Shown: positions 62,412 through 64,000 of the stretch, in pieces
Position numbering within the stretch: the stretch's first letter is position 1
Layout of the letters: every line of letters starts with the position of its first letter
DNA from: Candidatus Aminicenantales bacterium
GTDB lineage: Bacteria; Acidobacteriota; Aminicenantia; Aminicenantales; UBA4085
Length of the DNA: 64,000 nt
Reading direction: 5' to 3'
Assembly (NCBI GenBank): GCA_049515535.1
Contig: JBEKTZ010000003.1
Location: 62,001-126,000, forward strand
Notes under the pieces: generated by a model
Seen by the model: only the letters and a program-made list of their open reading frames with translations
Databases searched by the model: none
Told to the model about the DNA's origin: nothing
Made by a program: the position numbers and the translations under genes

Positions 62412-62996
62412 TCAGCGGCACCGCTGCCAGTCGGATTCGCTGAACGTGCGGTCCAGCTCTCTCCACAGGTCTTTCACGTCGCAGGTCATGACGATCAGGT
62501 CCTGAGCGCCGCCTTTGATATCCTTGACGAAGTCGGGCAGCAACGTTTCCTCGCGGAAACCGAGCCGGCGGAAGATCTTCTGAGCCCCAACCTGGGGCCG
62601 CATCATCCGGGCCACGATCGTCGTGATCTGGTTCTGGACGGCGATGAAATAGAGCTCGCGGATCATAATCGTTCCCAAGCCCCGGTGATGAAAAGGCCGG
62701 GCGATTATCACGCGGATTTCCCCCTGGTGCTTGCTCCAGGCTTCCCCCGAGAGCTCCAGGGCTCCGCTGGCCACGATCACTCCGCCGTGGACGGCCACGA
62801 TCCGGATGTCATCGCCGGAGTCGATGCGCCGGAGTCTCTTGGCCACGACTTTCCGGTCTGTGACGTCGAACTTCAGGTATTTCCGGTCCTCTTCGGGCAG
62901 GGAGCTGTAAAAGTCCATCAGCCGGTCGAGGTCGTCCATGGTGAGCCTGCGGACCGTCACCTCCGTGCCGTCTCTTATTTTTTCTGTTTTTTCCAT
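62412..62996 (-). CDS. GNAT N-acetyltransferase (copy 2)
   Basis: Same length as copy 1 at 30493-31077; 13 aa differences by manual count. Confidence 0.88.
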   Translation of the reverse strand: MEKTEKIRDGTEVTVRRLTMDDLDRLMDFYSSLPEEDRKYLKFDVTDRKVVAKRLRRIDSGDDIRIVAVHGGVIVASGALELSGEAWSKHQGEIRVIIARPFHHRGLGTIMIRELYFIAVQNQITTIVARMMRPQVGAQKIFRRLGFREETLLPDFVKDIKGGAQDLIVMTCDVKDLWRELDRTFSESDWQRCR

Positions 62997-63043
62997 GAGC
63001 GGTCAGTCCTTTTCTGCCGGATGCCTCGCATCAATCTGGCTTC

Positions 63044-63072
63044 ACTATAGAAAGGGGCCGGGGAATTGTCAA
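63044..63072 (-). promoter_or_regulatory. Sigma70 promoter of the GNAT-nuoE-nuoF::gltD-nuoG-nfnAB cluster
   Basis: Minus strand TTGACA-N17-TATAGT. Confidence 0.7.
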
Positions 63073-63074
63073 GC

Positions 63075-63335
63075 AGTACTGTCAAGCATTTTGTGTGAAT
63101 TCGGCCAAAGGGACTCTTTGGAAGATCGGCAGATTATAGGTTACTTTTCCTGTAGGATTTTTTTTCCAATGCATCTCCATCTTTAGGCTGATGAGCGCCA
63201 GGAGACGATAACAGGCGTTCTCCCCGGCGATGATCTCCATAGTTTTGGTCCTTCGTTTGAACTCCTTGTTGAGCCGCTCAATGATATTCGTCGTCCGGAG
63301 CGCCTGCCATTCCTCCGGAGGAAACGAGATCTTCC
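63075..63335 (-). mobile_element. IS256-family C-terminal transposase fragment and right end
   Basis: FPPEEW..LRTTNIIERLNKEFKRRTK; end AGTACTGTCAAGCATTTTGTGTGAATT (63075-63101) resembles the left-end repeat at 36581-36608. Confidence 0.85.
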
Positions 63336-63356
63336 GCCCCAATAACTGCTTCGAGA

Positions 63357-63446
63357 TCATCGACTGGCCAGGGTCTTTTTCTCTTTGTAATCGTAAGCGC
63401 GGTATTTGACGGAAGAGCTTCCACAATTGGGGGATAGAATAATCAT
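63357..63446 (-). pseudogene. ackA: Truncated acetate kinase N-terminus
   Basis: RBS GGAG then MIILSPNCGSSSVKYRAYDYKEKKTLASR*, directly after pta and before the IS256 fragment. Confidence 0.78.
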
Positions 63447-63473
63447 GGGGTTCTCCTTTTCGGCTCTTCGAGA

Positions 63474-64000
63474 TTACAGCCCGCCGGCCTGCACGGATGT
63501 GATCGCCACGAGGTGGACGATATCGTCCACGGAACAGCCGCGCGACAGGTCGTTGACCGGCTTGGCGATGCCCTGAAGGATGGGCCCGACGGCCTGGGCC
63601 TTGGCCAGCCGCTCGACCAGCTTATAGGCGATGTTCCCGGACTGGAGGTCGGGGAAGACGAGCACGTTGGCCTGGCCGGCGATGGGGCTGTTCGGGGCCT
63701 TGGACTTGCCGACCTTCGGGATGATGGCCGCGTCGGCTTGCATTTCCCCGTCGATCTTGAGGCCGGGGGCCTTTTCCTTGGCGATGGCCACGGCGTTCTT
63801 CACTTTATCGACGAGTTCGTGCTTGGCGCTGCCGCAGGTCGAAAAGGACAGCATCGCCACCTTGGGGTCCATACCGCACAGCACGCGGCCGGTTTCGGCC
63901 GAAGCGATGGCGATCTCGGCCAGCTCTCTTTCATTCGGGTTGGGCATCACGGCGCAGTCGGCGAAGATGAACATCCCCTTGTCGCCGAACTCGCAGTCGG
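63474..64000 (-). CDS. pta: Phosphate acetyltransferase (5' part outside window)
   Basis: FADCAV.PNP, VAMLSFST, IDGEMQADAA, FPDLQSGNIAYK, PVNDLSRGCS. Confidence 0.95.
   Translation of the reverse strand, partial: DCEFGDKGMFIFADCAVMPNPNERELAEIAIASAETGRVLCGMDPKVAMLSFSTCGSAKHELVDKVKNAVAIAKEKAPGLKIDGEMQADAAIIPKVGKSKAPNSPIAGQANVLVFPDLQSGNIAYKLVERLAKAQAVGPILQGIAKPVNDLSRGCSVDDIVHLVAITSVQAGGL

Overview
GC-rich window from an anaerobic, diderm bacterium (LolA, TolC, XerD, sigma70-type promoters); the taxon cannot be fixed from the sequence alone. 1-30 kb is mostly housekeeping and catabolic: a partial Mo-hydroxylase large subunit, an ECF sigma/anti-sigma/membrane triad, lolA, a Na+/solute symporter, an S8 protease, AMMECR1, a HAL-family lyase with an Ala-Cys-Gly MIO motif, xerD, tolC, a baeRF, tRNA-Leu(CAG), radical SAM enzymes, galM, and a HypD-like glycyl radical enzyme with its activase. 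Two related, hairpin-dense intergenic elements lie at about 6.9-7.4 kb and 18.45-18.65 kb. 30-64 kb is an energy-metabolism island. It holds a Cache histidine kinase with a receiver protein and sucCD. A 17-kb co-directional cluster joins a group 3c NiFe hydrogenase (mvhGA), ackA, two unknown accessory genes, hdrCBA-mvhD, an anchorless fumarate-reductase-like FeS/flavoprotein pair, korDABC and a class I fumarase. A convergent cluster encodes GNAT, NuoE, NuoF::GltD, an apparently non-catalytic FdhA/NuoG-like subunit and NfnAB. The best candidate for an undescribed system is this soluble Mvh-Hdr electron-bifurcation module genetically linked to the fumarate/succinate/2-oxoglutarate segment of the TCA cycle. 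The island shows rearrangement scars: IS256 ends at both borders of the 26.5-kb core, a duplicated GNAT with a gene-conversion-like pattern, a nuoE::istB chimeric pseudogene and an ackA stub after pta. Functional calls come from motif recognition by eye; no database searches were run.
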